A stretch of 60,790 nucleotides of DNA, counting the filler, from Sphacelaria rigidula (lineage: Eukaryota): NCBI GenBank assembly GCA_964200075.2. It is 8 parts of 8 records of this genome, joined end to end, with 100 filler letters (N's around TTAATTAATTAA, not from the genome) between each part and the next. Parts side by side here need not be neighbours in the genome. Positions count along the whole stretch, not along the records: positions 1 to 7,512 come from CAXNAA020014567.1; positions 7,613 to 15,124 come from CAXNAA020014568.1; 6 more parts are not named here. One strand, given 5' to 3'. Positions 1 through 12,720 of this stretch are shown here, piece after piece. The notes below the pieces were generated by a model that did no database searches, had not been told where the DNA came from, and saw only the letters and a program-made list of their open reading frames with translations. A program made the translations under genes and the position numbers. The stretch's first letter is position 1, and the number at the start of each line of letters is the position of its first letter.

Positions 1-86
1 ATCAAGTCATTGATGAATACCTTGAACAGAGTGGGTGATAATGTACATCCTTGTGCAACCCCTTGTAAGATATCGAAATATTTCGC
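1..86 (-). pseudogene. Non-LTR (LINE) reverse transcriptase fragment
   Basis: Minus strand reads AKYFDILQGVAQGCTLSPTLFKVFINDL, matching the LINE RT motif GVxQGxxLSPxLFxxxINDL. Truncated by the contig start. Confidence 0.8.
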
Positions 87-348
87 AGGGGGGGGCGGAA
101 GAAAAGACATTACTCTCCTGAACTGTACTGAGACTTGTTCGGCTTTATCCATTTATATGCAACCACCTTCAGGGAGATTAATCGGTTGTGCATTGACATA
201 AGTTTGTCTTAAAAGATGAATGCAATACCCAGGTGACCCACCGTAGAGGCTCACAGGTTCAACGCTTTCCAAAGGTCTCACGTTTATCTGATCATTTATG
301 TGCCCACTGCAGAGGGGAAAGACAGCAGCGGGGAGAGAGACAAGAAAA

Positions 349-381
349 TACTGTACTGTACTGTACTGTACTGTACTGTAC
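349..381. repeat. (CTGTA)n pentanucleotide microsatellite
   Basis: About 6 perfect CTGTA units, with degenerate continuation to about 430. Confidence 0.9.
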
Positions 382-2174
382 CACACAGCTTTTGTACTGC
401 ACTGTCCTACTCGTACTGTTGTTGTACTCTGTTGTTGCTCTCTGCTTCATTTCGGCTTCGTCTGTTGTCAACCCCAGGGTGGGCATCTGCATCGAAAAAA
501 TCTTGATGAATGATCAGTACGCCCATGAGCGATGCACCTGCGATAGTGTGTGTGATCTGCGCAGAAGTCCTCCCGGGGTCCTCTTAGAACCGACCGGACG
601 GATCTCTTGTGTCTGACTGGCTAGCTTGATTCGTCCGTCAGGAAGAGCCGGGACACCTTCGGGGGAAAATTTCCCATACGTTTTGTGAGCGATTCGCATC
701 CCCAACAGTGCAGTGTCTTCCTATTCTCTTCCCCCCTCCCGCTGCGTTCCTCCCTTCGTCTATGAGTATCACTGGAGGATCACATTCCACCAACCCCCCG
801 GGTAGCGTGACCCCTGTCTGTGGTCAGCTTTTAATTTTTTAACCCCTCGGCCGCCAGGGCAGGCATTTTTGAAGTGAGAATTACGCCGAGGAAAGAAAGG
901 ACCCACCGTTAAGGTTACACGTTCTCTATGTTGTTTCAAACAGTGGGCGGATGCTGTGAAGACGGTACGGTGCACATAGATGGCGGTACCGATAGACTCA
1001 ACTCCACTAACAAACATAGGCGCATGGTATAGTCGCCATGATGTCGTCTGTTTTGGTATACGCCACTCTCTCTACCTTAGATTTTCTGTGCCTCTCTGGG
1101 TACACGGAGCGGCAGCTCTTTTCCCTTGATACTTTGCCGGTGTGCATCATACATGGATGGGAAGTAAGCGACCATAAAATTCCGAGCTTTGAAATAATCA
1201 ACACGGGGCAGTAGTTTTTTCATGTTCGAGCTGGCAGTGGGAAGTCAAACAGACTCGACCACGCGATGGGTAGTGAGAGATGAGAGAAGGTGCGACATCA
1301 TGTTACTGTTGTACTACTGACTGTATTCTGCGTTGGTTGTGCTGGCTCCGACCGAAAGTGTGATCCAACTCACCACGGTCGGGATGGTCATGCGGCACAG
1401 GCGAGCCGCACGTGTGTTGCCACTATCCGAGGGTGCAGATGGTGCACCCGGGTGCACATCTAATTTTTTTCGGGAAAAATCAGCGTCGAACGGTATTGCA
1501 AGTTGTTGGAACTTCATGTGAAATATATTCCGAAATTCAGTCGTGGAGTGCGGCGGCATCACCCCTCACGAAGCCGGTTGGCTCCTCCTGCTTGCCTCTC
1601 TCAAGAAATAGTGCATGGCGTGGATTGTAAAAGAGCACCTGCGATATAGTGCTCATCACGACACAGATCATGAAAGAGCACCAACTGCGAGCACCAGCCA
1701 CGCCGAACCAAAGGTCGAGCGCGTGGTGTTTGCCGGAACAGACGACATGTCATGAAGACTGTATCATGTGCTTCTGTTTGTTGCTTCTTCTGTTGTTCGC
1801 TGCGAGGTTCCGAGAACCCTTGGAGTGTCACGAGGTCTGAGTTTGTTTGTGTCGCATCTGCTGTCGCGATACACACGTTTCAGTCACGCATAAAAATCAA
1901 ATGAACTAAATGCTGAGCAACGCTACGAAATCAAGATAAATGCGGAGCAACTGTCCTCCGCCACAGATCATCACGTGCAGTTGATTACCCACTACAGAAC
2001 AAAAAGCGGAGCAACTATCCACTGACATAAACAGTCAGCTGCGACCGTTCCCTCAAGACTGCTTTGTGTACATTGGCAAGGACTACCGCTCGAACTAATG
2101 CGCATAAATAGCACGTAACTGTGTCTGTTGTTCTGGCGGCTCCGTTGTACGTGTGAAGATGTGGATCAAATTAA

Positions 2175-2313
2175 CCCTTTGGGAACGCAAGTGCTGATTC
2201 TTGTTTTGTGAATCTTTGTGAATCGGCATCAGTTTGACTTGAAAATGACTGAAAATGATGCCGATTCACCAAAACAAAAATCAGCACTCCCTGGGGGTCT
2301 AGTTCCCAAAGGG
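2175..2313. mobile_element. piggyBac-like MITE, copy 1
   Basis: TTAA|CCCTTTGGGAAC ... GTTCCCAAAGGG|TTAA: CCC/GGG termini, TTAA TSD and an internal palindrome. Confidence 0.8.
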
Positions 2314-2317
2314 TTAA

Positions 2318-2415
2318 CCCTTGAACCGCGAGATTAGTCTTTCTGGATCATGCATACTTTTCTTCACTTGAAATTGATGCCGATTCATCAGAAGACTGAC
2401 TTCGCTGTCCAAGGG
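2318..2415. mobile_element. piggyBac-like MITE, copy 2 (shares the TTAA at 2314-2317 with copy 1)
   Basis: TTAA|CCCTTGAAC ... GTCCAAGGG|TTAA. A degenerate third relative lies at about 2478-2580, and another left end (TTAA|CCCTTTTGGGACC) lies at about 7429-7445. Confidence 0.75.
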
Positions 2416-3604
2416 TTAACTGTAGTTATACCCGTATGTTTCAGTACCCATTCACGAAACAATGACGCAGCCATAAGCCCTAGATTGCGAGGGCAGTCCA
2501 TCCGGACCATGCATACTTTTCTCAAGTGCAAATTGATGCCGATTCAGAAGGTGACTGAGTTAATCCTTGCGGTCAAAGGGAAACAAAGGATCTTTTCCAA
2601 CGGACGAGATACGCATGTTTGATTTCGGGAAAATTATATATGGGTTCCGGAAAAATGATGTCTGAGCGCCGCATTACGACCCACACCGTGGCGACTTGAG
2701 CCATACTTTCACACTTTCAAATGAAGCCAGCACAACGGACGACAACGGACGCAGGATGCAGTACTACAGCTCGACCGCAACATGATGTTGTACTGTTTCT
2801 TATCTCTCACTTCTCATCCCCTGGCCAACTTCCTTTTGTCCCAGTGACTTCCTCATTGCCAACTTGAAAATATACCAACATTGATCTGTGTTTGTCGTTC
2901 CAAAGCTGAACATTCTATGCTCGCTTACTGCCCATCCATGTATTGTGCGCGCCGACATATCATGAAGGGAAGAGAGCTACCGCTTTGTGTACCCAGCGGC
3001 ACAGCGAACCCGAGGTAGAAAGTGTGGCGTGTACCGGGATAGACAGCATCATGGCGACCTTACCGTGACGACGATATGTTGCTCTCATGTCTGTTGGTTA
3101 TATTGAGTCTATCGATACCGCCATGTTCGCCGCGCCGTCTCTATAGCACTCATCCTCTTTTTGGAAGAGCATGGACCGCGTGTCACCCACGGTCAGATCA
3201 GAAAGCCGGAAGTTATACACTTCGAAGTATTTTTTTTTTAGGTTTAGAGGGTATTCCCTCAAAGCAGGAGGACGAGACCACTGCTATAGGGTGCGAACAG
3301 GGAGGGTGTTGCCTGCGCCTGCGATCAACCCGTCAAGAGATGGGATTGTAAAAGCAAATGTGTTTGGGCGGAGCATCCCAGGACAAAAAAGGAAAAGGGG
3401 AATTTTTGTCTGTGGTCGTTTTGATTTCCTCGAACAGCCTATTCCCTTTTTTTGCACCGATTAGCATGTCTGACTGTACTACCGTACTCTGCGTTGGTTG
3501 TGCTGACTCCGATTGCAAGCGTGATCTAAGTCATCGCGGTTGGTGTGTTCATGTGGCACTGACAAGCCCCAAGTGTTTTTGCCGTTATCCTAGAACAGAC
3601 AATT

Positions 3605-3967
3605 ATGTAAAATGAGGTTGTACACTATATGAAGGTTCAAGCCCAAAATAGTGCTTTCAGCCTGGTGCCGAATGAATTTTTTGTCGGTCTCTCGATCGCG
3701 TGGATACTTTTCCAGAACATTTCACCGACTCTGTGAGCTTACAGCAGCGCTGATCGAAACCGCCATTTCCATGTTCTTTTTTGGGGGGGGGGGGGTAATA
3801 GAAGGGAAAATGGCGGTTTCGGTCAGCGCTGTAAGCTCACAGATTCGGTAAAATGCGCTAAAAAAGTATCTACACGATCGAGGGGCATGTGGGCATCATC
3901 GCTGAAAGTGTGGGGAAGGCACTGTTTTGAGCTTGAACCTCATTTTAGTGTACAACCTCATTTCATA
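3605..3967. mobile_element. Foldback/MITE with long inverted arms
   Basis: AAATGAGGTTGTACACTA...GGTTCAAGC pairs with GCTTGAACC...TAGTGTACAACCTCATTT. Inner arms CTCGATCG...GAAACCGCCATTT pair with AAATGGCGGTTTC...CGATCGAG around a T/G-run loop. Confidence 0.75.
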
Positions 3968-4121
3968 GTGTTGCCTGTTATAGGGTGCACACGAATGTCG
4001 AGGATACACCCGGGTGCACACATAATGTTAGCTTCCTTAGAACAGAGTTTACCACTCGGTGGGGTGAAGTTGTCCCCACTTGATTCCAATGTGGACACTG
4101 ATATCTGGAAGTCTAATGAGC

Positions 4122-4457
4122 GCCGGTCGCCCTGGTGGCCCATAACCTCGAAACCTTCTGACGGTTGGGTCGTGGGTTCGAACCTCGGAGCAAACTGGGA
4201 TTTCCCCCCACACAATGCCCAAGAGTGGAGAGGGACTACCATGTCATTGGTACACAAAGCTCGACTTGGTGGTCAACGAGGGAATGGGACTGCTGAAACA
4301 CTCGCGATTGAATAAAAAAGGCAAGCACCGCAGAAGGAAGGACAAAAAAAAAGAAACTCCTGTGTTGGCTTTCTTCCTGTGTGACCCCGGCTGGTGCGGT
4401 GCACCCACATATACCTCCAGGTGTAGACCGGCGCCCAGAATAAATGGGAGGACACAT
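4122..4457 (+). mobile_element. tRNA-derived SINE
   Basis: B-box GGTTCGAAC in the 5' head. The body is homologous to minus-strand copies at 40856-41197 and 41458-41700 (shared CCTGTGTGACCCC and TAGACCGGCG). Confidence 0.75.
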
Positions 4458-5892
4458 AATGGGCGCTGCGCTCCTAGCTCGTGCAGTACGCACTTTTGTC
4501 TATATACCGTCTTGCAACGCACAATTTGCCTAGCTACCACCTCCACCGATTGACAAAAAGCAACAGAACGGCAGAGTAGAACCAGTTTCACGGGCCATTT
4601 GTGCAGACCCCCCGGTCCAACCAACACCATTCTTTAATCCACCCGCACGCGCGCCAGCAGATAGCGCACGCCACAGCACGCACACCCCCAACGCCACATC
4701 TCACACGCAAACATACACGGACGAATCAACGTTGGCGGAAAAAGCCAAGAGATCATGCAGCGGAAAGACAGAGCCCATCGCTCCTGCTCGACAAACGCAC
4801 ACAGGAAAGATATCGACCCAGATATCCTCATTAGAGGAAAAAAATTGAAAGACCGAACGACTCTTGATGTTATTTTCACCCACTACAAGGCCGGAGCGTG
4901 TTCGCTGTTTTTTGCGTTGTGTGCTTCGAACCCGAATGCACCCACCAGGTTATAAGATTTTTGAGGGCACGTCCCGTGCTCAGCGGTAAAAATCGGAAGG
5001 TGACCTATTTCTGCTGGTTTTGAGGGTAAGCTTGAAAAACACTCGAAAAAATGGTTCAACCCCGGCATGTGTCATTGGTGTGCAAGTGTATGTTGCGTCT
5101 GATTGGGGAACGCGTCGCCTTGACGCACGATTTCTCCATGTCAAGGATGTAGTCTACAATCAAGTGTATCCGAAGAACAGAGAAAAGTGGGCAATTTACG
5201 GTAACATGTCGTCAAACAGCCCGGACACTTTTCGGGGGCTAACACCCCCCAAGTTTAGCACCCCTGACGATCACGTTAGCCGTGGGGCTGGAAGCTCTTA
5301 TCTGCTCACACTTTTATACTCATGAATTATGGTTGACGTCAGGGTCGTCTTCTCAATTTTGTTCAAAACCATCACGCGTGCGAGACCCGTGGCGTTGATA
5401 CCTGTGGCGCTACTGCCAAGTGCGTCAGCCGTGGCTTACCACTAGTTATTATGATCAAATGTATTATTAGCCTAAATGTCTCCCCGCTTGGTACTGGAAT
5501 CAAGTAAGTCGTGTCGTTTTTGTCTATACTTTATCCAGATGATCGAATGATCCTTCTCGGAACAGTATTTTACACCACACGCACGGACTGAAGAGGAGAA
5601 AAAATGTCGCTCTTCTCGATCGCCCTGCACATGCAGACCGAGAGATAATCTGGGGCAAACGGTCAAGTTTCATGAATACCAATAGAGTTAAAAAACCCCG
5701 TTGTCTCGACAGTACCACTACGAAGTCCATCCTCCTATACCAGTACTGTATTGTGAAACACAACGGAAAATACCCACTCCGCTACGGTACAAGTACGAGG
5801 TATGCGGCGGTGTGCACACAGCAGTGCAGCTGGTTATGATGGTAGCTTTCACACTAATACATGTACACGGTGGTGCTGTACACCCTGCTGTG

Positions 5893-6606
5893 CTGTCCCT
5901 TTCACGTTGCTCGGCGTTCACCAAACACCAGGGTTTCATCTGTACACCCTTTACTGTACTATGGGTATGGACCATCGTAGACATAAAACAGTGCGGTACA
6001 GGAGTGACTACGAGTTGTTCTCCACAAGCACTGAAGCCCAACAGAGCGGTGCTAAAGAGCCGTCACAATGTAGTACTGATTCCGAAAAAACGAGCAGTTA
6101 CAAGACATGCTGCAGCCTGGGTCGGGTCGTTCCACATACAACAAGATGTTTTCGACCCAATACACAGCCTGCCGCGGAAGAGCGGACAAAAACATGTACC
6201 TGTCCCTTTCACATTGCTCGCGACACCCTGCTCTGTACTGTGGCTATAGGCTTTCGTTGATATAAAACAGTGCAGTACAGAAGTGACGACGTGTTTTTCT
6301 TTACAAGCACTGAAACCCAACAGAGCGGTGTGGCATGGCATGCTGCCAAAGAGCTGTCACAATGTAGTACTGACTCCCAAAAAAACGAACAATTACAAGA
6401 CATGCTGCAGCCTGCGTCGGGTCGTTCCACATACTCGTAAAACAAAATGTTTTCGACCCAGTACCCAGCTTGCCACGGAAGATAGGACAGAAGCATATAC
6501 CTGTCCCTTTCACATTGCTCGCGACACCCTGCACTGTACTATGGCTATGGGCATTCGTCGATATAAAACAGTGCAGTGCAGGAATGATTCTTTGCAAGCA
6601 CTGAAA
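5893..6606. repeat. Tandem repeat of a ~300-bp unit, about 2.3 copies
   Basis: CTGTCCCTTTCAC recurs at 5893, 6200 and 6501. Internal blocks (ATAAAACAGTGC, CAAGCACTGAA, TACAAGACATGCTGCAGCCTG) recur in register. Confidence 0.9.
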
Positions 6607-7512
6607 TATTTCTCCCATAGTAACCACTGTACTGTACATCACGACAAACCGTCATTGACTGCATCCACACTTATCACCGGCTAATTGGCAGCACGCCATG
6701 CCCACTGACTCCTCGCATCGATGCTCACCGGCGGCTTACACCCTACCGTCCCAAACTCAGCGCTTCTCTTTGCCATGAAGGATGGCGTTCAGCAAACACC
6801 GGGCTTTTATTTGTACCGCTCGACATGCATACTCTCATACGTTTTCTGAGGTTTGCCGCAGGCAAGCTTCGAGCTTCGTCTCGCAATGCTGTATATAAAT
6901 TTCACGACCTCCGTGTACTTGCCTGTACACGGGGCGAATACACAGAATCTGCCTCTACGGTAGAACCAAATCCCCAGCATGTTTGAGCAGATCCGCCAGT
7001 CCGACGAACATGTTTTTGAATATACCCCTACACAACATGGGCGGCTCATCATAACGACACGCACAGCAACAGCTCACACACAGAGACTAACCACCACCAC
7101 CAACCCTTCAACTTATTGTACATGCCTGGCAAGCAGGAAACCCGGTTGCTTTTGTGTGTACAGATTGGGGGTGTTTATTTTACATATGCACTTCTGTAGA
7201 CGGTACATTATCATCGCAAATATTTTTCGCAATGCAATTGTGGTGACCGCAGCGTGTGTGGGTCTCGACGCAGTGAGCGTGACAAATTGTATATACCGCC
7301 AGCATATTATACCATGTGGTAAAATAACAAACTAGATCGTATCGTTCCACAGGTATAGCTCTGATTGTGTTGGGTTGTGCGGTAAGCCTTTGCATGTGCC
7401 CTCGGCAACCGGATATGTATGTTCCCATTTAACCCTTTTGGGACCGGGCCTCCAGAACGATCAATGAGGCTGGTCAGAATGACGTGTCTGGCGGCTAAAC
7501 GAAACAGTGGCG

Positions 7513-7612
7513 NNNNNNNNNNNNNNNNNNNNNNNNNNNNNNNNNNNNNNNNNNNNTTAATTAATTAANNNNNNNNNNNNNNNNNNNNNNNNNNNNNNNN
7601 NNNNNNNNNNNN
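7513..7612. other. Artificial contig linker N44-TTAATTAATTAA-N44 (also 15125-15224, 22737-22836, 30349-30448, 37960-38059, 45571-45670, 53181-53280)
   Basis: Seven identical 100-nt spacers with stop codons in all six frames, separating segments of 7512-7510 bp in descending length. Confidence 0.97.
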
Positions 7613-8852
7613 AGCAAGGGCAGGGCTTTAAAGTGTGAAGGAAAAAAAAAACATGAGCTCTCGGATGTTGATGACTTGGGTGTTGGTGACTCAGGGGTGC
7701 CTAGGGTCAAGACCTGCCTGCTTTTTCGTGATGCCGGCGACGGCCTTCAAATCAGGACGCAAAGTGAAGTCAGACAAAACGAAAATACATCACCCCGAGC
7801 GAACACCCCCGACTTCCGACTTTTCGCCGGAGATGAAAAGGAAAAGCGCGCGTCAATACCAGATGGGCGCGCCACTATTTTTGACGCATATCTAGATACT
7901 TCGTACACAGTAATGGCGAAGACGCCACGTGTAAACGAAAAAATACTCGTCGACGTCTGGGAGTTTTAGGAAACCGACTGGTGCGCTGTCGTCCGCCGTG
8001 ACGCCAGCTAGTGGTCTACCCAGTGACGATGTCGGGGCGTACAAGCAGTCATGCGTGCAATTGCCAGATTATTCTCAAAATGTGGCGTAAGGTGGATGGT
8101 TTCAAGCTCCAGACGACTGTTGTATCTCACCATCAGACACGTGGTGGTGAGTGTGAACCCGAGAGCAGTCGTCTATCGAGAGTTCTGTTGTTTACATACG
8201 CAGTCTATTTTCAGTATACACGATCTTACGGAGGCGTCGGCTGAGCGTCTGAACCGTCCGTTCATTTTTTTCTTATTTATTTCCTCTTCACGAAAATGAC
8301 AGCAATGCAATCCAGATATCGGCAACAGTGAGGGACAGCTGTGGGCATCGTGAAACGCATGTCGAGGTTGTAAGAACAGTGGCGTTGGACCTTGTTGGAG
8401 CTTCTTGCATGAGGTGTCATCACTTCATCACTCAACCCAGACCAGACGATGATGCTCGTCTTTTCACCAGCTCGTCGCGCCTGACTGACGCCTCCATTGA
8501 TACTTTTGGTGCAGGAACTAAGCCTTATGCGACGGGGGCGTACTCATTTGTTGTTGTTGGTGGGGAGGGGGGGGCTATGGTGCCTGATAAAACACGGAGG
8601 ACCCCCCCTTGATCCGTTCAACGTTATCCTCGGGTACTTTTCAATGATAGCCCTACAATGCTCTCTTTTGGAGTGATCGCACGACGTACAGCGGGGGCGT
8701 GCAATCTGATCAATGCCGTCCTCCAACACTGCCATCAATACTACCCTCGTAATTTTCGTCACCCCGCAACTGCCACCCCTTCTTCCCCCGCCTCTTTCGT
8801 TCACTTCAAACCGCTCGTTGTTCAACCGCCGGCACCAATCACACGCGAACAG

Positions 8853-10700
8853 GCCAGAGCTCTGAATGCGGAGCTGCAGACAGGTATCGCCAACCCCCTC
8901 CTGGGCGATGCCGGGCTCCCGAGCAATTCAGACCAAGACGAAGTGACTTATGACTTTCTTACAGGAGATGACTGGGACGACGTGGCAGAGCTCGGATTTG
9001 CCGGCGGCAGGCCGAGTGGTCGACCCGCTGCCTCGGAACCTCTTCGCTCGACGAAGGGTTCTGCCTTGGGTTCGCTTTTGTCGCGGTGGTTCGGTTGCTC
9101 TTGTTGTGGGCTGGAAGGGAAGAAAAAGGTATGCTTGTGTATGCGTGTGTGTTCCACCAATGAGGAGGGCACAAGGACGGTATATTTTTGTATTGATAGA
9201 TACTCCTCTTCGCTTTGTGTTTCAGCAGTGTTGACGTCCACTTTGCAAAAGCCCAAGGAGTACTTGATGATCAGGTTCACAGACGAGTAGTTGCCTACAT
9301 ACTGAGTGAATGATCAGCGCAAGACAAGTCGCATGTGCAAGTTTTCTTGTGTCATGAACGTTTTTAATTGTTTACGGACGTCGCCAGCTCAGTTGACACT
9401 TCCTCTTTGGCATCTTATTTCCACATGAAACCTTTTCATACATGTATATACGTATAAGTGTGCTCCGCGTGAGAATCCGCGGTCGAATGGGCTGTATCCG
9501 CGGGGAATATGGCTTATCTTGCTTCCGTCATACGACGTCGACGAACGTTTCATATGGGACGAGTTCCATTCCGTTCACTTGGGCTTTACGGTGAAGTGAT
9601 GCACATTATCATGAAGATCGCGTTTTTCCACATGTGTACTCGTGAACACTGCAAGCCTAGAAGGACCGAGACATCTTGGCAGGATTGTCCCACGCCCCAA
9701 GCAAGGCGATATTAATCAAACTACGCTTCGTGTAGCTTACGCTAGCTCACGTGCCCCAAGACGACGAGTCACACTATCCTCCTCTATGCGCGCGTTCTCT
9801 AGGCGGTCATGAGCCCGCTCGAGCTGCGACAGGAAAACGATAGACGGAAGACGCTGGGAATGCCGTTGCTGACTGGAGATGAAGGCCTAACAGCGAAGGA
9901 GGCCGCCAAGAAACGGAGAGAGGCGAGTGAGCGGGTGGGCGGGCGGTTGCAGTGATGGTAGTAATGGTAATGATGGTGGTGACAATGGGAGAGCATGCGG
10001 GGGGAATGTACCGCCCTTCGCTCCGGTTCCCGACCATGTTTCATGAATCGACGATGTCTCATGAAGCCATGCTACGATAGGGGTTGCATTTCTTGTTTCT
10101 GGGTCTGTTTTTCGTAGGAACCCAAATGTATGGGGCTTACTGTGCAACCCAAGTCTCCGGGGAGCGGACATGGAGATGCACGCAGGGGACTTTTCGTGAA
10201 TCGGCATCATTTGCAGTCTTTTTCAAGTAAAAATGATGTCGATTCTCAAAATGACCCGTCCAACACCCCGAGAAACATTTTGGCCACAAAAGTGCACCCC
10301 TACCGTAGCATGGCTTCATGACGTAAACGGTCTATTGTTCTTGTTTTGCCATTTCTCAGGATTACGTGGAGCAGTGCATCGTCGTGTTTTGGGGGTTGAC
10401 GTGTGTAGTACGGACATCGTCGTGGGCAAGGCACTCTCACCGGGGACAATACCTCGTCTATAAACCGTGCCCGCCGAGCCGCAACACCGAAAAACAGTCA
10501 AGAGGAAATGTGAAAATGCACGAAGAATCTCCAGATCGCCATCTTGTGTCTCATGTCTCGTTCTGCGTTTGCAGGAGGGCGACGAGGAGGTGAAGGACTT
10601 GATCGATAAGGTGAAGGCCATCACGGGCCTCAGCAGTGATGATCCCCCAGATACGGAATGGGTCGGCCTTGAGAAGATTGACAAGAACACGGGCAAGAAG
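8853..10700 (+). CDS. Partial spliced gene of unknown function (exons 8853-9128, 9803-9922, 10575-10700)
   Basis: Three open, phase-0-compatible exons with AG acceptors and donors AAG|GTATGC, GAG|GCGAGT (GC donor) and AAG|GTAAAA. They translate ARALNAELQTG...RWFGCSCCGLEGKKK / AVMSPLELRQENDRR...AAKKRRE / EGDEEVKDLIDKVKAITG...DKNTGKK. No family recognised; it may be a pseudogene. Confidence 0.55.
10064..10316. mobile_element. MITE with RAGCCATxCTACGATAG-type TIRs (Sola-like, 4-bp TSD)
   Basis: CATG|AAGCCATGCTACGATAGGGG ... CCCCTACCGTAGCATGGCTT|CATG. Lies in an intron of the fragment above. The TSD is palindromic, so the boundary is ambiguous. Confidence 0.65.
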
Positions 10701-11779
10701 GTAAAAAGTGGCGACCTCACGATGGGGATGTTGCAAATCTGTCGAGCGTCTCTTGGGGCATGTGCTATGTGGTGATGGTGATGAATGTTTGTACTCCTTG
10801 TTAACATTGCATATCACCACCTGTCAGCCTGCACCACGATAAAATACCTGCGCTTGGGCGAGAGAACCAAGAGGAGGCAATCCTTGTAACCACAACCTGC
10901 ATGGGTTCATTTTGGTAAGTTGCATTGAAAGGGTGCGAATTATTTCATGACTAATCATATTTTGTCCCCAGCCTCGCTTCGCCGCAAAGTCGTCTTCGCC
11001 TGTGCCAGTTACCGTTGGGCCTCTCGGGTCTGCTGCTGGATCTTTCTTGCTCGCCTTGATAAGACACAACACATGTCCAACACCTGTAGTTTGTGGTAGA
11101 GGTGCTGAACTATCCCCGATGTTGAATTTCCACACTCGCAAAAACGTTTCAAGTGCGTGATGTTTCCAGGTCGTGCTTTTCAAGTGATAATCTCGGAAAT
11201 CCCTTATGTTCAGTTTCCACGAAACATCGCTTTGCTGTGAGCTTCGAGACTCGGACACGCCTAAAATATTGTTACTATGCAAATGTCGCGGACCTGACGT
11301 CAACATCCGCCTGCCCCGACGCGTGACTAGCGTAAACGTTCTGACGGGCCCTTCTCGTGCGCGCTGCTGAAACCCACCTAGGAGCCCATGGGACGGTGTC
11401 TAATCGGCATCCAGCTTTACCCTTTGGAGGCGGCGCAGTTGCAGCCTGTCGGTACGGGTCGTTTGGCGCCCAATAACACTCCTTTCCTGCCTCCTCCATC
11501 TGGACGCCTGTCGTTTACGTGGAACCCCATTTCAATGCTGTATCAACTCTTGGGACCACGTCTCTTTGGCATATTGACCTGTCTTTTGTGTGTGATCATC
11601 ACGGTAGCCTTGCTGATTTTGTTCCAGCCTCTCTGGAACTTAATGATCACTTTGTTCGTATCGTAGTGTAGATGACGTGCCACTGAAGACAGGGCCGTTT
11701 CTGCTGGACTGCGCCACTTGCGTGCGAAGCCGAGAGCAGACAGGGGTGCTGTTTTGTGGCACCGTATATATTTGGTCAT

Positions 11780-12720
11780 CACTTACGTCGCGGAAAACGG
11801 GTACTGCTCCCCGCATCGCGCGCAGAGTCTTGATGCCGTTTCGATTGTTTCATGTCTGAAGAGAGCTGAAGTTCTCGCTCCACGTATAGTACTGGTCCAG
11901 CGTGGTGGTGCCTCCTGAGTCGGCGGTAGAGGGGACGTTCATTTTTTTGGACGAGCGTTAGAAGTATGTACTCCAAAGTGGCGTTTCTTGGCGTACCATG
12001 TTGACCTGTTGTGCATATGTGTTTCAATCTTCCCGAAGATCCCTCAGTATATCTCAGTCTGCACCCCATCGTGAGAGTATATTAGGGTATCTACGTAGAA
12101 ATAAGGCTATAGAACAGATGGTTGTGAAGAATGGGAACGGAGGTTTCGTATGAGAACGAACTGAGGTCGAGATTGTGAACGGTTGTGGGAACTGGTACTC
12201 GTCAAAGGTACCGTTCGGCCCCACTGAAGGTGGAACGGGCGAAGTCAGAGACAAGCGAGGTAATTGTCTCCGCATGTGCCGGGCACGTCCCGCGGCGTTG
12301 TTTGTCGTGTTGTTGCGAGGTAGACCGAACACGACTCGGCATCACCGGATCGGGACAGTTTGAGGGTGTTTGAGGAACCTCAACAGACCACACCGCGCCC
12401 CGCTCGTGATGAGTGTACAGGCCTGTGGGACGTGGAGCTCTAGGATGGATCCTTGAAAAACGAGCTCGAAGCGGCAGCAATTTAGCTCGTGGATCGATTG
12501 ATGGATTTGTGATCCGACGGTTTAATAACAATTGATCATGACGTGTTTATTCCAGTGACCTACCAATTCGAGCACCCGACTGCCCAAAGTGCAGCAGCAG
12601 CAGTGAAGTGGACTGTACACAGCACAAATTGCTCGTACAATCTCAGACAACATTGCCTGTATCGGGGTAGCCGATCTCTACATTTTAAACGGAAAATGAT
12701 GTCGATGCAACGTATGCCTG
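11780..12720 (-). pseudogene. Probable Mutator-like (MULE) transposase relic
   Basis: In order on the minus strand across frameshifts: DR...EQFVLCTVHF (CxxH motif), RFSRIHPRA...W, VFGLPRNNTTNNAA (resembles the TxNxxE catalytic motif, with E lost), then a weak SWIM-like CTTGQHGTP. Confidence 0.45.

Noticed and set aside
7557-7568. Periodic TTAATTAATTAA motif as a biological signal
   Set aside because: It is always centred in N runs of identical length; it is a six-frame-stop linker.
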